From: Leptospira sp.
GTDB lineage: Bacteria > Spirochaetota > Leptospiria > Leptospirales > Leptospiraceae
NCBI GenBank assembly: GCA_034439575.1
Contig: JAWXAQ010000012.1
Span: 96,001-160,000 of the forward strand
Direction: 5' to 3'
Length of the DNA: 64,000 nt
Below the pieces are notes generated by a model. That model had not been told where the DNA came from. It saw nothing but the letters and a program-made list of their open reading frames with translations, and ran no database searches. The position numbers and the translations under genes are program-made. Positions 10,804-22,680 of the stretch are shown here, in pieces. Position 1 is the stretch's first letter. The number at the start of each line of letters is the position of its first letter.

Positions 10804-11354
10804 CAGATGTTTTATCAAAGCCAGGTGAGATGTTTGGCGATATGTTCCAGGTTGCCACCTTAGAAAATGTTGTGCAATGGGGACAAAGTTTTTCACTTTG
10901 GCCATACCCTTTTGCCACTGCTTGTTGTGGTATCGAATATATGAGTACTTCTTGTTCCGATTATGATATAGCTCGCTTTGGTGCAGAGAGACCTTCGTTC
11001 TCACCAAGACAAGCAGATATGATTTTAGTTCTTGGAACAATTACCTATAAAATGGCACCCGTACTCAGACAAATTTATGACCAATTAGCAGAACCAAAGT
11101 TTGTTATTTCTGTAGGAGCCTGTGCATCGTCAGGTGGTATGTTTCACACCTACGGTGTGTTACAAGGTGTGGATCGTATTCTTCCTGTAGATGTTTATGT
11201 TCCTGGTTGCCCACCAAGACCCGAAGCTTTACTTGATGCACTTATGAAATTGCAGATAAAAGTTACGTCTCAAGGTCTAGAAGCACGCCGCCAAGAAATT
11301 ATGAAAAAGATCCAAGAGATCAATGAAAGAAACAAACCTCTTGTCGTTGCATGA
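10794..11354 (+). CDS. nuoB: NADH-quinone oxidoreductase subunit B
   Basis: [33 protein letters not shown]. Confidence 0.97.
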   Translation: MGLTDVLSKPGEMFGDMFQVATLENVVQWGQSFSLWPYPFATACCGIEYMSTSCSDYDIARFGAERPSFSPRQADMILVLGTITYKMAPVLRQIYDQLAEPKFVISVGACASSGGMFHTYGVLQGVDRILPVDVYVPGCPPRPEALLDALMKLQIKVTSQGLEARRQEIMKKIQEINERNKPLVVA

Positions 11355-11872
11355 AAGAAAAAATTCAAAATTATTTAGAGTCTCAATTTTCGGTTTTCCT
11401 TTTACCAAATCGTGAGATAAACACAAATTTACCTTTCTTTACTTTGAAGCCAGAAGGGATAGTTCCTGTTTGTTCAGCCTTAAAAGATCATCCGGAATTC
11501 GGATTCACTTTTTTAAATGACCTAACATCAATTGATTGGTTAGGAAAACGTGAGCCTCGGTTTGAAGTGATCTATATTTTAAAATCACCTAAACAAAAAC
11601 ACTTTCGATTACAACTCCGAGTCCCGATTGAAGAGGGAGAGGCAGTACCGAGTTTAGTAAGTGTTTATGTGGGTGCCAATTGGCCAGAGAGAGAAATTTT
11701 TGATCTAATGGGCATTCCTTTTTCGGATCACCCGCGAATGGAAAGATTGATTATGCCAGACAATTTTGTAGGTCATCCTCTCAGAAAAGATTATCCTTTG
11801 GAAGGTCCAGGTCAGGATTATTTGATTCAGGATTTATTAACTCTTCACGTAAAAGAGGACATGAACCCATAA
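11351..11872 (+). CDS. nuoC: NADH-quinone oxidoreductase subunit C
   Basis: [23 protein letters not shown]. Confidence 0.96.
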   Translation: MKEKIQNYLESQFSVFLLPNREINTNLPFFTLKPEGIVPVCSALKDHPEFGFTFLNDLTSIDWLGKREPRFEVIYILKSPKQKHFRLQLRVPIEEGEAVPSLVSVYVGANWPEREIFDLMGIPFSDHPRMERLIMPDNFVGHPLRKDYPLEGPGQDYLIQDLLTLHVKEDMNP

Positions 11873-11890
11873 TTGGGTGAGTAATATTTT

Positions 11891-13111
11891 ATGACGATGT
11901 ATGAAAAAACAGCCGAACATTTCGGACAAAAATACAAAGAACTTCCTGAAGGTCATTTACTTGTAAACCTTGGACCTTCGCATCCTGCGACTCATGGTAT
12001 TTTACAAAACGTAATTCAGATTGATGGCGAAAGAGTTGTCGAAGCTGAGTCTGTCATTGGTTATGTGCACAGATGTTTTGAAAAACTTGGCGAAAGATAC
12101 GATTACAATCAGTTTTTGGTTTGTACAGATCGTATGAATTATGTATCTACTCCTCTAAATAATATTGGTTGGATATTGACTGTAGAAAAAATGATGCAGA
12201 TCGAAGTTCCGTCTCGTGTTACATACGTTAGGATGATTATTTCTGAATTATCTCGGATCATGGATCATATCATTTGTAATGGCATTATGGGCGTGGATTT
12301 GGGTGCATTTTCAGGCTTATTGCATTTATTTCATCATAGAGAAAATATTTATCAGATTTTAGAAAAGCTAACGGGCGCTAGACTCACAACTACCTTTTGT
12401 AGAGTCGGTGGAATGGAAAGAGATATTTATCCTGAGTTCCAAAAAGAAATCAAACTTGTGATTCAAGGTTTAAAGCCTGCCATCGCCGAATTTAGAGAGT
12501 TATTGATACGAAATAAAATTTTCAATGAAAGAACAGATGGCATTGGTGGAATATCAGCTGAAAACGCTATCGCCTATGGTTTTTCAGGCCCCAATTTACG
12601 AGCTGCAGGTGTTTCTTGGGATGTGAGAAAAGATGATCCATATATGTTCTATGACAAAGTGGACTTTGATATCCCTGTTGGAGAAGACGGATCCGCCCTT
12701 CACCGAACTCTTGTTCGTATGGAGGAAATGGTACAATCTATCCGCATCATAGAACAGTTAATAGATGGCATCCCAGAAGGTCCTTACCATGCTGATGTGC
12801 CCCACGTATTTTTACCTGAGAAAGATCGCGTTTATCACAACATGGAAGAATTGATTTATCATTTTAAAATCATTATGCACGGAATCAAAGTTCCCGCCGG
12901 TGAATACTATCATTCCACAGAAGCCGCAAATGGAGAATTGGGTTTTTATGTTGTTTCCGAAGGCGATAAAACACCTTGGCGAGTGCATGTCAGAAGGCCT
13001 TGTTTTTGGTACTACCAAGCATTTCCGATGATGGTAAAGGGCGGACTTCTTGCAGATACAGTTGCCACCATGAGTTCGTTAAACGTGATTGCCGGGGAGC
13101 TTGATTGCTAA
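11891..13111 (+). CDS. nuoD: NADH-quinone oxidoreductase subunit D
   Basis: [36 protein letters not shown]. Confidence 0.97.
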   Translation: MTMYEKTAEHFGQKYKELPEGHLLVNLGPSHPATHGILQNVIQIDGERVVEAESVIGYVHRCFEKLGERYDYNQFLVCTDRMNYVSTPLNNIGWILTVEKMMQIEVPSRVTYVRMIISELSRIMDHIICNGIMGVDLGAFSGLLHLFHHRENIYQILEKLTGARLTTTFCRVGGMERDIYPEFQKEIKLVIQGLKPAIAEFRELLIRNKIFNERTDGIGGISAENAIAYGFSGPNLRAAGVSWDVRKDDPYMFYDKVDFDIPVGEDGSALHRTLVRMEEMVQSIRIIEQLIDGIPEGPYHADVPHVFLPEKDRVYHNMEELIYHFKIIMHGIKVPAGEYYHSTEAANGELGFYVVSEGDKTPWRVHVRRPCFWYYQAFPMMVKGGLLADTVATMSSLNVIAGELDC

Positions 13112-13599
13112 TGGCATACCAATTTTCAAAAGATTCAGAAACTAGATTTCAAAAGCTAATCCCTCAGTTTCCAAACAAACGTTCTTTAATTTTACCTTGT
13201 CTCTTTCTTTTACAAAATGACCAAGGCTTTGTGGATCATATAGGTATGGAATACATTGCAGAAAGAATTGGGGCACCCATCTCACTTGCACAAGTGCATG
13301 GCGTTGCTACATTTTATACGATGTACAATAAAAAACCTGTGGGCAAGTTTCATATACAAATTTGTGCCAACATTTCTTGTTATCTGGCGGGATCAGATAC
13401 CATCACAAAAAAAGTTTGTGATAAGTTAGGTGTAGAAAAAGGCCAAACAACGAAAGACAAATCATTTACAGTCGATGAAGTGCAGTGTCTTGGTGCTTGT
13501 GGTTTTGGCCCTGTGGCACAAATTAACGATACATATTATGAACAATTAGATGCCGAAAAGATAGATCAAATTTTAGAGACATTGGCAAAGCAGGCTTAA
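13111..13599 (+). CDS. nuoE: NADH-quinone oxidoreductase subunit E
   Basis: VATFY, CANISC and CLGACG 2Fe-2S ligands; TAATG overlap with nuoD. Confidence 0.96.
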   Translation: MAYQFSKDSETRFQKLIPQFPNKRSLILPCLFLLQNDQGFVDHIGMEYIAERIGAPISLAQVHGVATFYTMYNKKPVGKFHIQICANISCYLAGSDTITKKVCDKLGVEKGQTTKDKSFTVDEVQCLGACGFGPVAQINDTYYEQLDAEKIDQILETLAKQA

Positions 13600-13600
13600 G

Positions 13601-14899
13601 ATGGGATTAAGAAATTTACTTACAACACATATAAATCATCCCGAATCTCAAACTTTAAAACATTATATGTCTGTTGGTGGATATGAATCTTCCAAAAAAG
13701 CATTGAATGAAATGACCGCCGAACAGATCATAAATGATGTAAAGACCTCTGGGCTTCGAGGGCGAGGTGGGGCTGGCTTTCCAACTGGTAATAAATGGTC
13801 TTTCATTCCAAAAACGGATAAACCAAAATACCTTATTTGCAATGGGGATGAAGGGGAGCCTGGTACTTATAAAGACAGATTGTTAATAGAAAAACTCCCG
13901 CATATGCTTATAGAGGGTATGGTCATCGCTGCCAAAGCCATAGATTCTCACCAAGGTTATATTTATATTCGCGGTGAGTTTATGAAAGGCATAACGATTG
14001 TGGAAAAGGCTGTCGAAGAAGCCTATGCAAACCACTTACTTGGAAAAAACATCCAAGGTTCAGGATTTGATTTTGAACTTACAGTCTATTCGGGAGCGGG
14101 TGCTTATATTTGCGGCGAAGAATCAGCTCTTATCAATTCACTCGAAGGAAGGAGGGGCCATCCAAGACTCAAACCCCCTTTCCCTGCCGTATCTGGACTA
14201 TATTCATGTCCGACTGTTGTCAATAATGTGGAGACCTTTTGCAATGTCCCTCACATCATTCAAATGACTGGCGAGGAATACAAAAAAATCGGAACAGAAA
14301 AATCTCCCGGTACTCGCCTATTTGCCGTTAGTGGTCACGTAAAAAAACGCGGTATTTATGAAGTGGAAATGGGCACTCCCTTAAAAGAACTTATCTATGA
14401 TATCTGTGGTGGTATCAAAGACGACAAACAATTGAAAGCGGTGATCCCTGGCGGATCATCATCTCCAATTCTAAATGCAGAAGAAGTGATGATTGCCACA
14501 CTCGACTATGAATCCATCGCAAGCCTCAAATCTATGTTAGGTTCTGGTGCTGTCATTATACTTTCTGAAGAAGCAGACCTTGTCGAAACTACATATCGAT
14601 TGGCCGAATTTTATTCCCACGAATCTTGTGGTCAATGTACACCTTGCCGAGAAGGGACACATTGGGTGAAGGACATCCTCCACAAAATCCGGGAAGGTCA
14701 TGGTTCAGAAAAAGACGTAGAACTTTTATTTTCCATAGCTAGAAATATGGAAGGTGGGACAACTATTTGCCCTTTGGCGGATGCTTGTGTCATGGCTGTT
14801 CGACCCACAATGCAAAAGTTTAAAGAAGAATTCTCTAAACGATTAGTTAACGATAAAGTAGAAGTGTTATCAAATAAAGAAGTAATCAATGTTACATAA
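13601..14899 (+). CDS. nuoF: NADH-quinone oxidoreductase subunit F
   Basis: [48 protein letters not shown]. Confidence 0.97.
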   Translation: MGLRNLLTTHINHPESQTLKHYMSVGGYESSKKALNEMTAEQIINDVKTSGLRGRGGAGFPTGNKWSFIPKTDKPKYLICNGDEGEPGTYKDRLLIEKLPHMLIEGMVIAAKAIDSHQGYIYIRGEFMKGITIVEKAVEEAYANHLLGKNIQGSGFDFELTVYSGAGAYICGEESALINSLEGRRGHPRLKPPFPAVSGLYSCPTVVNNVETFCNVPHIIQMTGEEYKKIGTEKSPGTRLFAVSGHVKKRGIYEVEMGTPLKELIYDICGGIKDDKQLKAVIPGGSSSPILNAEEVMIATLDYESIASLKSMLGSGAVIILSEEADLVETTYRLAEFYSHESCGQCTPCREGTHWVKDILHKIREGHGSEKDVELLFSIARNMEGGTTICPLADACVMAVRPTMQKFKEEFSKRLVNDKVEVLSNKEVINVT

Positions 14900-14916
14900 A
14901 GGATCAGTTAAATAGT

Positions 14917-15987
14917 ATGGAGTGGGGATTTATTATTGCTTGGTCAGTGAAAATATTTTCACTCTTTTTTGTAATTTTAACAGGTGTTGCATATTATACT
15001 CTCGCAGAACGTAAGTTTGCTGGGTTTATTCAGGATCGTCCTGGTCCAAACCGTGCAGGCCCTTTTGGTATTTTCCAACCCCTAGCTGATGGGATCAAGT
15101 TTATAGCCAAAGAAGAAATTTTTCCGAAAAACGTATCTAAGGCGATGTATCTTTTAGCACCAACTATCTCTATGACCTGTGCTATTTTAGCTTGGGCTGT
15201 GATTCCCTTTGGTGGAACAATCCCCGCACCATTGTGGTTAACTCATCTAACAGGTATAACTACCATAGATTTGCAAGTTGCCAATCCGGATTCTGGCGTT
15301 CTTTATATGTTAGCCGTTTCTTCCCTCGCTGTTTATGGAATCATGATCGCAGGATGGGCAAGTAACAATAAATATTCTCTCCTTGGTGGAGTCAGGTCTA
15401 CAGCTCAAATGATCAGTTACGAATTGCCTATGGGGCTTTCCATCGTTGTCATAGTGATTATGACTGGCTCATTGAAGTTAACGGATATTAGTAATTCTCA
15501 AAAAGAGATTTGGAATATTTTAACTCCACCCGGTTTTGTTGCCTTTTTTATATATGTAACAGCGATGTTTGCGGAAACGAATCGTCTCCCTTTTGATTTA
15601 GCTGAAGCAGAATCTGAGTTAGTTGTAGGATTCCATACCGAATATGGAGCATTTAAATTTGCCATGTTCTTTTTAGCAGAATATATGAATATGATCACTA
15701 TGTCATGTCTCACAACTTTACTTTTTTTTGGTGGCTACAATACCCCATTCGGCATAGGGGCTGGTAGTGACTATTCGGCACTAATCGGACTGACTTTTTT
15801 TATTATCAAGGTTTTATTTTTTGCCTTTTTGTTTATTTGGGTTAGGTGGACACTACCACGTTTTCGTTATGATCAATTGATGAGACTAGGTTGGAAGAAG
15901 ATGATTCCTTGGGGTCTTTTTGCGGTTATGTTTGCCGCAATCTATACCGTCTATTGGAAGGAATTTTGGGTGAGGCTTTTTGTATGA
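14917..15987 (+). CDS. nuoH: NADH-quinone oxidoreductase subunit H
   Basis: [51 protein letters not shown]. Confidence 0.97.
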   Translation: MEWGFIIAWSVKIFSLFFVILTGVAYYTLAERKFAGFIQDRPGPNRAGPFGIFQPLADGIKFIAKEEIFPKNVSKAMYLLAPTISMTCAILAWAVIPFGGTIPAPLWLTHLTGITTIDLQVANPDSGVLYMLAVSSLAVYGIMIAGWASNNKYSLLGGVRSTAQMISYELPMGLSIVVIVIMTGSLKLTDISNSQKEIWNILTPPGFVAFFIYVTAMFAETNRLPFDLAEAESELVVGFHTEYGAFKFAMFFLAEYMNMITMSCLTTLLFFGGYNTPFGIGAGSDYSALIGLTFFIIKVLFFAFLFIWVRWTLPRFRYDQLMRLGWKKMIPWGLFAVMFAAIYTVYWKEFWVRLFV

Positions 15988-16592
15988 ATTTACCAAATAC
16001 CCCAGAAGTTTATTTGTTTTTTCTCTTTTCTACGATTTGTGTATTAACATCGATTAGCGTTATATTTCAGAAGAATCCTGTATTTTCTGCCGTTTCACTC
16101 GTCTTTACCTTTTTTTCTTTGGCTGGTATATACGGAATCATGGGGGCATTATTTATAGCCACTATGCAGGTGTTAGTCTATGCAGGTGCCATCATGGTGC
16201 TAATAGTTTTTGTATTGATGTTACTTTCACAAAGAGCCGAGTCCCTTTCCAAGTTCCTTAAAAATCCTATCAAAGTTTTAGTTTTATCTATATTTGCATT
16301 TTGTTTCTTTTTCGCATTGCAATCTGCATTGAATACGGGTGTTCCTTTTAACGCAAATCCAGGTAAAGGATATGTAAAGGTAGATACACAAAACACTTAC
16401 CAATATCCGATCGCTGGCACAACGAGTGTTTCGGCCACTGGCAATGTCGCGACTGTAGGAGCGGCTACATTTTTGGACTATTTACTTCCTTTTGAATTGA
16501 TTTCATTGCTTTTGTTAGTTGCTGTCATTGGTGCAGTGATACTCGCAAAACGACGTTTAAGTGCTGAGGAAACTAAGGATACTATTTTATGA
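15984..16592 (+). CDS. nuoJ: NADH-quinone oxidoreductase subunit J
   Basis: [38 protein letters not shown] overlap with nuoH. Confidence 0.95.
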   Translation: MNLPNTPEVYLFFLFSTICVLTSISVIFQKNPVFSAVSLVFTFFSLAGIYGIMGALFIATMQVLVYAGAIMVLIVFVLMLLSQRAESLSKFLKNPIKVLVLSIFAFCFFFALQSALNTGVPFNANPGKGYVKVDTQNTYQYPIAGTTSVSATGNVATVGAATFLDYLLPFELISLLLLVAVIGAVILAKRRLSAEETKDTIL

Positions 16593-16909
16593 ACCAATTC
16601 ATCTCAGGAATTCCGATTAATTATTTTTTAGGATTGGCTGGCATTTTATTTTCAATAGGTGTGCTTGGTGTATTGATTCGAAGAAATGCAGTTATCATTT
16701 TTATGTCCGTAGAACTTATATTAAATTCCGTTAACTTAGTTTTTGTAACGTTTTCAAAATCTTTATTTAATGTTTCAGGTGAAGTGATTGTTTTTTTCGT
16801 TATGGCAATAGCCGCAGCAGAAGCCGCTGTCGGTTTAGCCTTAGTGATCGCAATTTTTAGGCAGAACAAATCTGCGAATGTGGACGAACTCCAATCATTG
16901 AAGTGGTGA
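16589..16909 (+). CDS. nuoK: NADH-quinone oxidoreductase subunit K
   Basis: [23 protein letters not shown]. Confidence 0.96.
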   Translation: MNQFISGIPINYFLGLAGILFSIGVLGVLIRRNAVIIFMSVELILNSVNLVFVTFSKSLFNVSGEVIVFFVMAIAAAEAAVGLALVIAIFRQNKSANVDELQSLKW

Positions 16910-16911
16910 AT

Positions 16912-18843
16912 ATGTTAGATTTATTTCCCTTAGTCGTATTACTGCCCTTACTCGGTTTTTTGCACAATGGATTTTTAAGAAACCGTATACCTCATCGCTT
17001 TGCAGGAGCGATTGGGACGATAGCAGTATTTATCCCATTTTGTATAACCCTCTTAGCCTTCTTAGAATTTAGACCTATGGAAAGATCGGCGCCTCATGTG
17101 GTTTCCCTTTTTTCCTGGATTCACGTGGGTGATTTTAAAGCAGATATTGCCTATCAAATTGACCAACTTTCTTTCTATATGACCCTCATCATCACAGGAA
17201 TCGGAACTCTGATTCATTTGTATTCTATGGGTTACATGAAAGGTGAAGAAGGGTATAATCGATTTTTTGCCTATCTTAATCTTTTCGTCTTTTCTATGTT
17301 AAATCTTGTTCTTGCCGACAATCTTTTGTTAACGTTTCTTGGTTGGGAAGGAGTAGGGCTTTGTTCATATTTGCTTATAGGATTTGAATACGAAAAGAAT
17401 TCTGCCGCTAATGCAGGTATGAAAGCTTTTATTGTAAATCGTATCGGTGATGTTGGTTTTATCATTGGCACAGGATTTCTATTTTGGCTCACAGGAAGTA
17501 TCCGTTATCTAGATATACAGTCCACCATACCTGGACTTTCCGGATTTTTACCATATGCAGATATTATTGGTTTATTGTTTTTTATCGCTGCAATGGGAAA
17601 ATCAGCACAAGTTCCCTTATATGTTTGGCTACCTGATGCCATGGCAGGTCCGACACCAGTATCAGCATTAATACATGCTGCGACAATGGTAACAGCAGGA
17701 ATCTTTCTTATGGCGAGGTTAAATATTGTTTTTCTTGTGGCACCAAACACGTCTTTATTTATCGCAATCATCGGTGCTTCTACGGCTCTTTTTGCCGCGA
17801 CCATAGGTACATTACAAAATGATATTAAAAAGATACTTGCCTATTCCACCGTATCTCAGTTAGGTTTTATGTTTCTTGCAATGGGTGTCGGTAGTTATGT
17901 GGCCGGTCTTTTCCATTTGATGACTCATGCATTTTTTAAGGCTTTGTTGTTTCTAGGTGCAGGTTCAGTCATACACATCTTGCATCACGAACAAAACATC
18001 CGTAAGATGGGTGGATTATTTTCGAAAGTAAAAATCACTTCAATAACATTTTTACTCGGAACCATTGCGATCGCTGGCATTCCGCCATTTTCTGGATTTT
18101 TTTCCAAAGATTTAATTTTAGAAAAAGCGTTTCAATACCCAACTTTCGGACCAATGTTATGGACTATGGGAATCCTTGCCGCATTCTTCACGGCATTCTA
18201 TATGTTTCGATTGGTGTTTGTTGTTTTTTTTGGTAAGGATAATGTCGAGACTCATGGAAAAAAAATACACGAATCTCCATGGACCATTACCTTTCCCTTG
18301 GTCGTACTTGCCGCAGGTTCTGTGTTAGCTGGATTAGTGCAGACTCCACATTTTTTCTTAAATATTCATGTTTTGGAAACTTACTTTGAACCAGTTCTAA
18401 ATCCTGGAAAATCCTTTGCCTTAGTGAATCATTTAAATATTTCTTATACTGCTTTAACGGAAAATCAGGCCATTGGTCTTGCAGTATTTTCTGTCATCAT
18501 TGCACTTATCGGAATATCCATAGCATTTGTTTTTTATTCCCTGAAACCTTCGGAAATTTTAGAAGAACATACTGGATTTCGTAAAATTCTTTTTCATAAG
18601 TATTATATCGATGAGTTATATGATTTAATCTTTGTTAAGCCTTATTTGACAATATCAAAAGGTGTCGCATTTGTTTTTGATCGTTATGTGATAGATGGTT
18701 TTTTTATTGGTATTGGTTACAGTATCGGATGGATGGGAGGGTTTTTGCGTAGAATTCAAACTGGTTTTGTTGGTGACTATGCCCTATACATCACCCTCGG
18801 TTCCTTCTTTATTTTAATCTATCTTTTAGTGAAGGGAGTGTAA
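16912..18843 (+). CDS. nuoL: NADH-quinone oxidoreductase subunit L
   Basis: GWEGVGLCSYLLIGF, KSAQVPLYVWLPDAMAGPTPVSALIHAATMVTAG, HAFFKALLFL; alternative start GTG 16903. Confidence 0.96.
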   Translation: MLDLFPLVVLLPLLGFLHNGFLRNRIPHRFAGAIGTIAVFIPFCITLLAFLEFRPMERSAPHVVSLFSWIHVGDFKADIAYQIDQLSFYMTLIITGIGTLIHLYSMGYMKGEEGYNRFFAYLNLFVFSMLNLVLADNLLLTFLGWEGVGLCSYLLIGFEYEKNSAANAGMKAFIVNRIGDVGFIIGTGFLFWLTGSIRYLDIQSTIPGLSGFLPYADIIGLLFFIAAMGKSAQVPLYVWLPDAMAGPTPVSALIHAATMVTAGIFLMARLNIVFLVAPNTSLFIAIIGASTALFAATIGTLQNDIKKILAYSTVSQLGFMFLAMGVGSYVAGLFHLMTHAFFKALLFLGAGSVIHILHHEQNIRKMGGLFSKVKITSITFLLGTIAIAGIPPFSGFFSKDLILEKAFQYPTFGPMLWTMGILAAFFTAFYMFRLVFVVFFGKDNVETHGKKIHESPWTITFPLVVLAAGSVLAGLVQTPHFFLNIHVLETYFEPVLNPGKSFALVNHLNISYTALTENQAIGLAVFSVIIALIGISIAFVFYSLKPSEILEEHTGFRKILFHKYYIDELYDLIFVKPYLTISKGVAFVFDRYVIDGFFIGIGYSIGWMGGFLRRIQTGFVGDYALYITLGSFFILIYLLVKGV

Positions 18844-18847
18844 TTGA

Positions 18848-20584
18848 GTGCCTAGTCAAATTATTTCCATCATCATTGCCATTCCACTCATAGCTTCGTT
18901 TTTGATTTTATTCCAAAGAAGAGTGGGAAGTGTCATTGTTATATCTGCTTTATCTTCTGCGTTTACAACGATATTGTCTTTCGGTTTATTTTTTTTCTTT
19001 GATACAACTAACTCAGGTTTGCAATTTGTACACTGGATTCCAGATTGGATCGTTTCTGGGAAACTCAGTATAGATTATCAAGTTGGTCTCGATGGGGTAT
19101 CATTGCTTTTATTTAGTCTCACAGCATTTCTATTTTTTATATCTAGCATTGCTTCTTGGTCTAATATCCCAAGAAAGATAAAAGAATTTCACATATGTTT
19201 GTTGGTATTAGAGGCATCAGTCCTCGGTGTCTTTGCGGCAGGGAATCTCGTTCTCTTTTATGTGTTCTGGGAAGTTATGGTTCTACCCATGGTGCTTATG
19301 ATTGGTATTTGGGGTGGGGAAGATAGAACTAAGGCCGCATTAAAATACTTTTTGTTTTCCATGGCAGGTTCCCTGTTTATGTTAGGTGGCATCCTTACTT
19401 TATATTTTAAAACAGGCAAAACATCCATAGAATCTCTTTCAACTATGGACCTATCGATATTTGGCCCTTCATTGCAATGGTTTTTATTTTTTACCTTTGC
19501 TTTAGCCTTTGCTATAAAAATCCCTTTATTTCCATTTCATACATGGATGCCAGATGTTCACACCCAGGCACCTACTGTGGGTTCGGTGGATTTAGCTGGC
19601 GTTTTGTTAAAAATTGGTGCTTATGGATTTATTCGTTTTTGTATTCCCTTTTTTCCAGAAGTGAGTTTAGAAACAAAAGACCTTTTCCAATTATTGGCGG
19701 TCATTGGTATCATTTATGGCGCCATGGCGGCACTTGCCCAAAAAGATATTAAAAGGATCATTGCCTATAGTTCCTTGTCACACTTAGGTTATTGTATGTT
19801 AGGTATCTTCTCTTTCACGGAAGAAGGTGCCGTTGGTGGAATGTTGCAGATGATATCGCATGGTGTTTCAACTGGAATGTTATTTTTGATGATTGGGATG
19901 ATCTATGAACGTGCCCGAACTCGAGACATTGCAGAGTTTGGTGGTCTTGTGCGACAAATGCCTATATTTTCCATCTTCTTTTTGTTAGCCGTTCTATCTT
20001 CTATCGGATTACCTGGCACCAACGGATTTGTGGGTGAATTTTTGATTTTAGTAGGTAGTCTTAAAAGCAATTTCTACTTTGGTTCAATCGCCGCACTTGG
20101 AGTCGTCTTCGGTGCCTTGTATTTGTTATGGTTTGTAAAACGATTTCTTTTTGGTGTAAGTAAAACGATCCAAGCAAAACCATACCAGGATTTACACTTT
20201 AGAGAGATTGGATTACTCACTCCACTTGTAATATTAATATTTTGGATTGGAATGTATCCGACTCCTTTCTTGGAAATATTAAAACCATCGGCTCGCGTTT
20301 ATTTAAACTCTGCCTCAGTAAAAGCAATTCAAGAACGTAGTGTTCTCTCTAGAGACAATATCGGTCTACCAAATACTCGAATTTTCACCGACTATCTTAG
20401 CTTAGGCGCTCCTCTTGAATCTTATGAATTGAGATTGGGGAAATATGTTTCAAATTCAGCGATAAAAAGTTTATTACGGCCAATAGAAAAAAAATCTGAA
20501 GATACAATTTTGGAAGGTTTTGACCAAAAGATAGATTCGGATTTTCCGGATGACGGGAATTCCAAGAAAGAAGGAAATAAATAA
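18848..20584 (+). CDS. nuoM: NADH-quinone oxidoreductase subunit M, with hydrophilic C-terminal extension
   Basis: FYVFWE, AIKIPLFPFHTWMPDVH, LLKIGAYG, GLPGTNGFVGEF. Confidence 0.96.
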   Translation: MPSQIISIIIAIPLIASFLILFQRRVGSVIVISALSSAFTTILSFGLFFFFDTTNSGLQFVHWIPDWIVSGKLSIDYQVGLDGVSLLLFSLTAFLFFISSIASWSNIPRKIKEFHICLLVLEASVLGVFAAGNLVLFYVFWEVMVLPMVLMIGIWGGEDRTKAALKYFLFSMAGSLFMLGGILTLYFKTGKTSIESLSTMDLSIFGPSLQWFLFFTFALAFAIKIPLFPFHTWMPDVHTQAPTVGSVDLAGVLLKIGAYGFIRFCIPFFPEVSLETKDLFQLLAVIGIIYGAMAALAQKDIKRIIAYSSLSHLGYCMLGIFSFTEEGAVGGMLQMISHGVSTGMLFLMIGMIYERARTRDIAEFGGLVRQMPIFSIFFLLAVLSSIGLPGTNGFVGEFLILVGSLKSNFYFGSIAALGVVFGALYLLWFVKRFLFGVSKTIQAKPYQDLHFREIGLLTPLVILIFWIGMYPTPFLEILKPSARVYLNSASVKAIQERSVLSRDNIGLPNTRIFTDYLSLGAPLESYELRLGKYVSNSAIKSLLRPIEKKSEDTILEGFDQKIDSDFPDDGNSKKEGNK

Positions 20585-20585
20585 A

Positions 20586-22028
20586 ATGTCCTACATTCCG
20601 AATTTAAATGATTTATTTTCCATATTACCGATGTTAATACTCTCTGGCGCAGGGATTTTGCTCCTTGTCCTTCAATTTTTATTACCAAATAAAAATGATA
20701 CTTCTCCACTTTGGTTAATCACTTTATTAGCTCTGTTTGGTTCTCTATTTTCATTGTGGTATGTGACTCAGTCTCCAGGTTTCGGAATTTATTTTCATTC
20801 TCAAGTTTCGGTGAGTCCCCTGACGTTTTGGTTAAATGCACTATATATACTTTCTGGAATTGCTACAGTATTTATTGCACCTAATGTATTAAAAAAACAT
20901 GATTCATTATTCCCTGAATTTTATTCGCTTCTGTTATTTTGTTTAACAGGTATGATGTTTTTGACTACTGGTTATGATTTAATTGTGATTTTTGTAGGCC
21001 TTGAAATTTTATCTCTTTGTTTTTATATTATGATCGGAATGACAAGGAATTCAGCTTCTTCTTTAGAATCTGCAATGAAATACTTCTTGTTAGGTGCATT
21101 TAGTTCTGGTTTTATGTTATTAGGTATTGCCTTTTTATATGGCGGTTCTGGCTCTACAAATTTAGACACGGCACTGCGGGGTTTATTCCAAAAAGGATAT
21201 GAATCAAATTATTCCAAACTAGGCTTCGGTTTGTTTTTGATTGGGATATTTTTTAAATCAGCACTTGTTCCTTTTCATGCTTGGACTCCAGATGTTTATG
21301 AAGGTTCACAAACACCTATCACTGGTTTTATGGCTTCAGCTGGTAAGGCTGCGGCTCTCGGATTGTTACTCGTATTATTCCAACACATACCAACGGGAAA
21401 TGCAGGGGAGACGTGGAAGTTTCTCGTCGGTGGTATTGCCTTACTTTCTATGACCTGGGGAAATATAGTCGCTCTTCGTCAAACAAACCTTAAACGAATT
21501 CTTGCCTATTCTTCAATTTCTCATGCCGGTTATATTGCCGCAGGTATCTCTTGCGGGGCAAATTTAGAAGCGCTCTATTATTTATTTATATATGCAGTGA
21601 TGAATTTAGCGGCTTTTGGGATCATAGCCTATCTGGAAGATAATGCGAGAGAAGTGACTCTTGAATCAATATCTCATCTCAGTGCAAAATTTCCATTTTC
21701 GGCGATCGGGCTTGCAATCATATTTTTATCCTTTGCTGGTTTTCCCCCACTTGTCGGCTTTTGGGCAAAGTTATTTTTATTACAAAAAATTGCTGAATCA
21801 GATTTGTTATTTAATCGTATTCTTTTGTTTGGTGCTGTAGCAAATTCCGCAATTGGTTTTTATTACTATATGAAAATCACCATTCAGTCTTATATGAAAT
21901 CTGATTTGGGTTCGATTGCTTTAGGACCAGATTTAAAAAAAGACTTTGGGATCAGTGCAGTCGTCGGTATTTCCGTAGGATTTTTAATCCTCGGTTGGAT
22001 TGTATTTCAACCAGGTGCTTTTCTATAA
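20586..22028 (+). CDS. nuoN: NADH-quinone oxidoreductase subunit N
   Basis: ESAMKYFLLGAFSSG, PFHAWTPDVYEG, KRILAYSSISHAGY, GFPPLVGFWAK. Confidence 0.96.
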   Translation: MSYIPNLNDLFSILPMLILSGAGILLLVLQFLLPNKNDTSPLWLITLLALFGSLFSLWYVTQSPGFGIYFHSQVSVSPLTFWLNALYILSGIATVFIAPNVLKKHDSLFPEFYSLLLFCLTGMMFLTTGYDLIVIFVGLEILSLCFYIMIGMTRNSASSLESAMKYFLLGAFSSGFMLLGIAFLYGGSGSTNLDTALRGLFQKGYESNYSKLGFGLFLIGIFFKSALVPFHAWTPDVYEGSQTPITGFMASAGKAAALGLLLVLFQHIPTGNAGETWKFLVGGIALLSMTWGNIVALRQTNLKRILAYSSISHAGYIAAGISCGANLEALYYLFIYAVMNLAAFGIIAYLEDNAREVTLESISHLSAKFPFSAIGLAIIFLSFAGFPPLVGFWAKLFLLQKIAESDLLFNRILLFGAVANSAIGFYYYMKITIQSYMKSDLGSIALGPDLKKDFGISAVVGISVGFLILGWIVFQPGAFL

Positions 22029-22149
22029 GATAACTTTCACATAAGATATTTTCTAACTAGGTTTTCCTTGCCAATCGGTTGAACCTAACATTTTTTGGTT
22101 ATAAACTAAGATCATTCTGATTTGTTTTAGGATTTATAGGGAGATCCAT

Positions 22150-22680
22150 ATGGCTACACTTGTTACAAAAAACCAAACTTTAAAAGAATCCTCAGCGATT
22201 AGAGAGTTTTTAAAAGGTAAAGGCTTAATCTATGAGTCCTTTGAGACACCTGATATCGTTGCATCTTACTTAAATAAAAAAAGTTTGGATGATGCTGAAA
22301 AGGAGAACCTACTTTCTGGTTTGGAATATAGATTTGAAGAACTAAAATCTAAGTTTGGTTATATGGCTCGTGATCTTGTTGTTCTACATGATGAAGTGCC
22401 TGGCATCAATGATATTTTAGCAAAGTTTGATAAGCTACATTATCATACAGATGAAGAAGTGCGCTACATTGTAGATGGTTCGGGAGTATTTGGATTTATC
22501 ATCGATGGTGATAAATTTGAAGTTCATGTATCTAAAGGTGATTTTATCTCAATCCCACAAAACACAAATCATTGGTTCACTCTTGATGATAAAAAACGAA
22601 TCAAAGCAGTTCGCTATTTTAAAGATAACAGTGGTTGGGTGCCAGTCTATGTGGATGAATCTAAAGTATTAGTTCATTAA
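22150..22680 (+). CDS. mtnD: Acireductone dioxygenase (methionine salvage, cupin)
   Basis: [16 protein letters not shown]...GDFISIP..THWF..AVRYF. Confidence 0.88.
   Translation: MATLVTKNQTLKESSAIREFLKGKGLIYESFETPDIVASYLNKKSLDDAEKENLLSGLEYRFEELKSKFGYMARDLVVLHDEVPGINDILAKFDKLHYHTDEEVRYIVDGSGVFGFIIDGDKFEVHVSKGDFISIPQNTNHWFTLDDKKRIKAVRYFKDNSGWVPVYVDESKVLVH

Noticed and set aside
15891-15983. Extended nuoJ N-terminus
   Set aside because: It overlaps nuoH by about 100 nt; ATG 15984 gives a standard ATGA coupling
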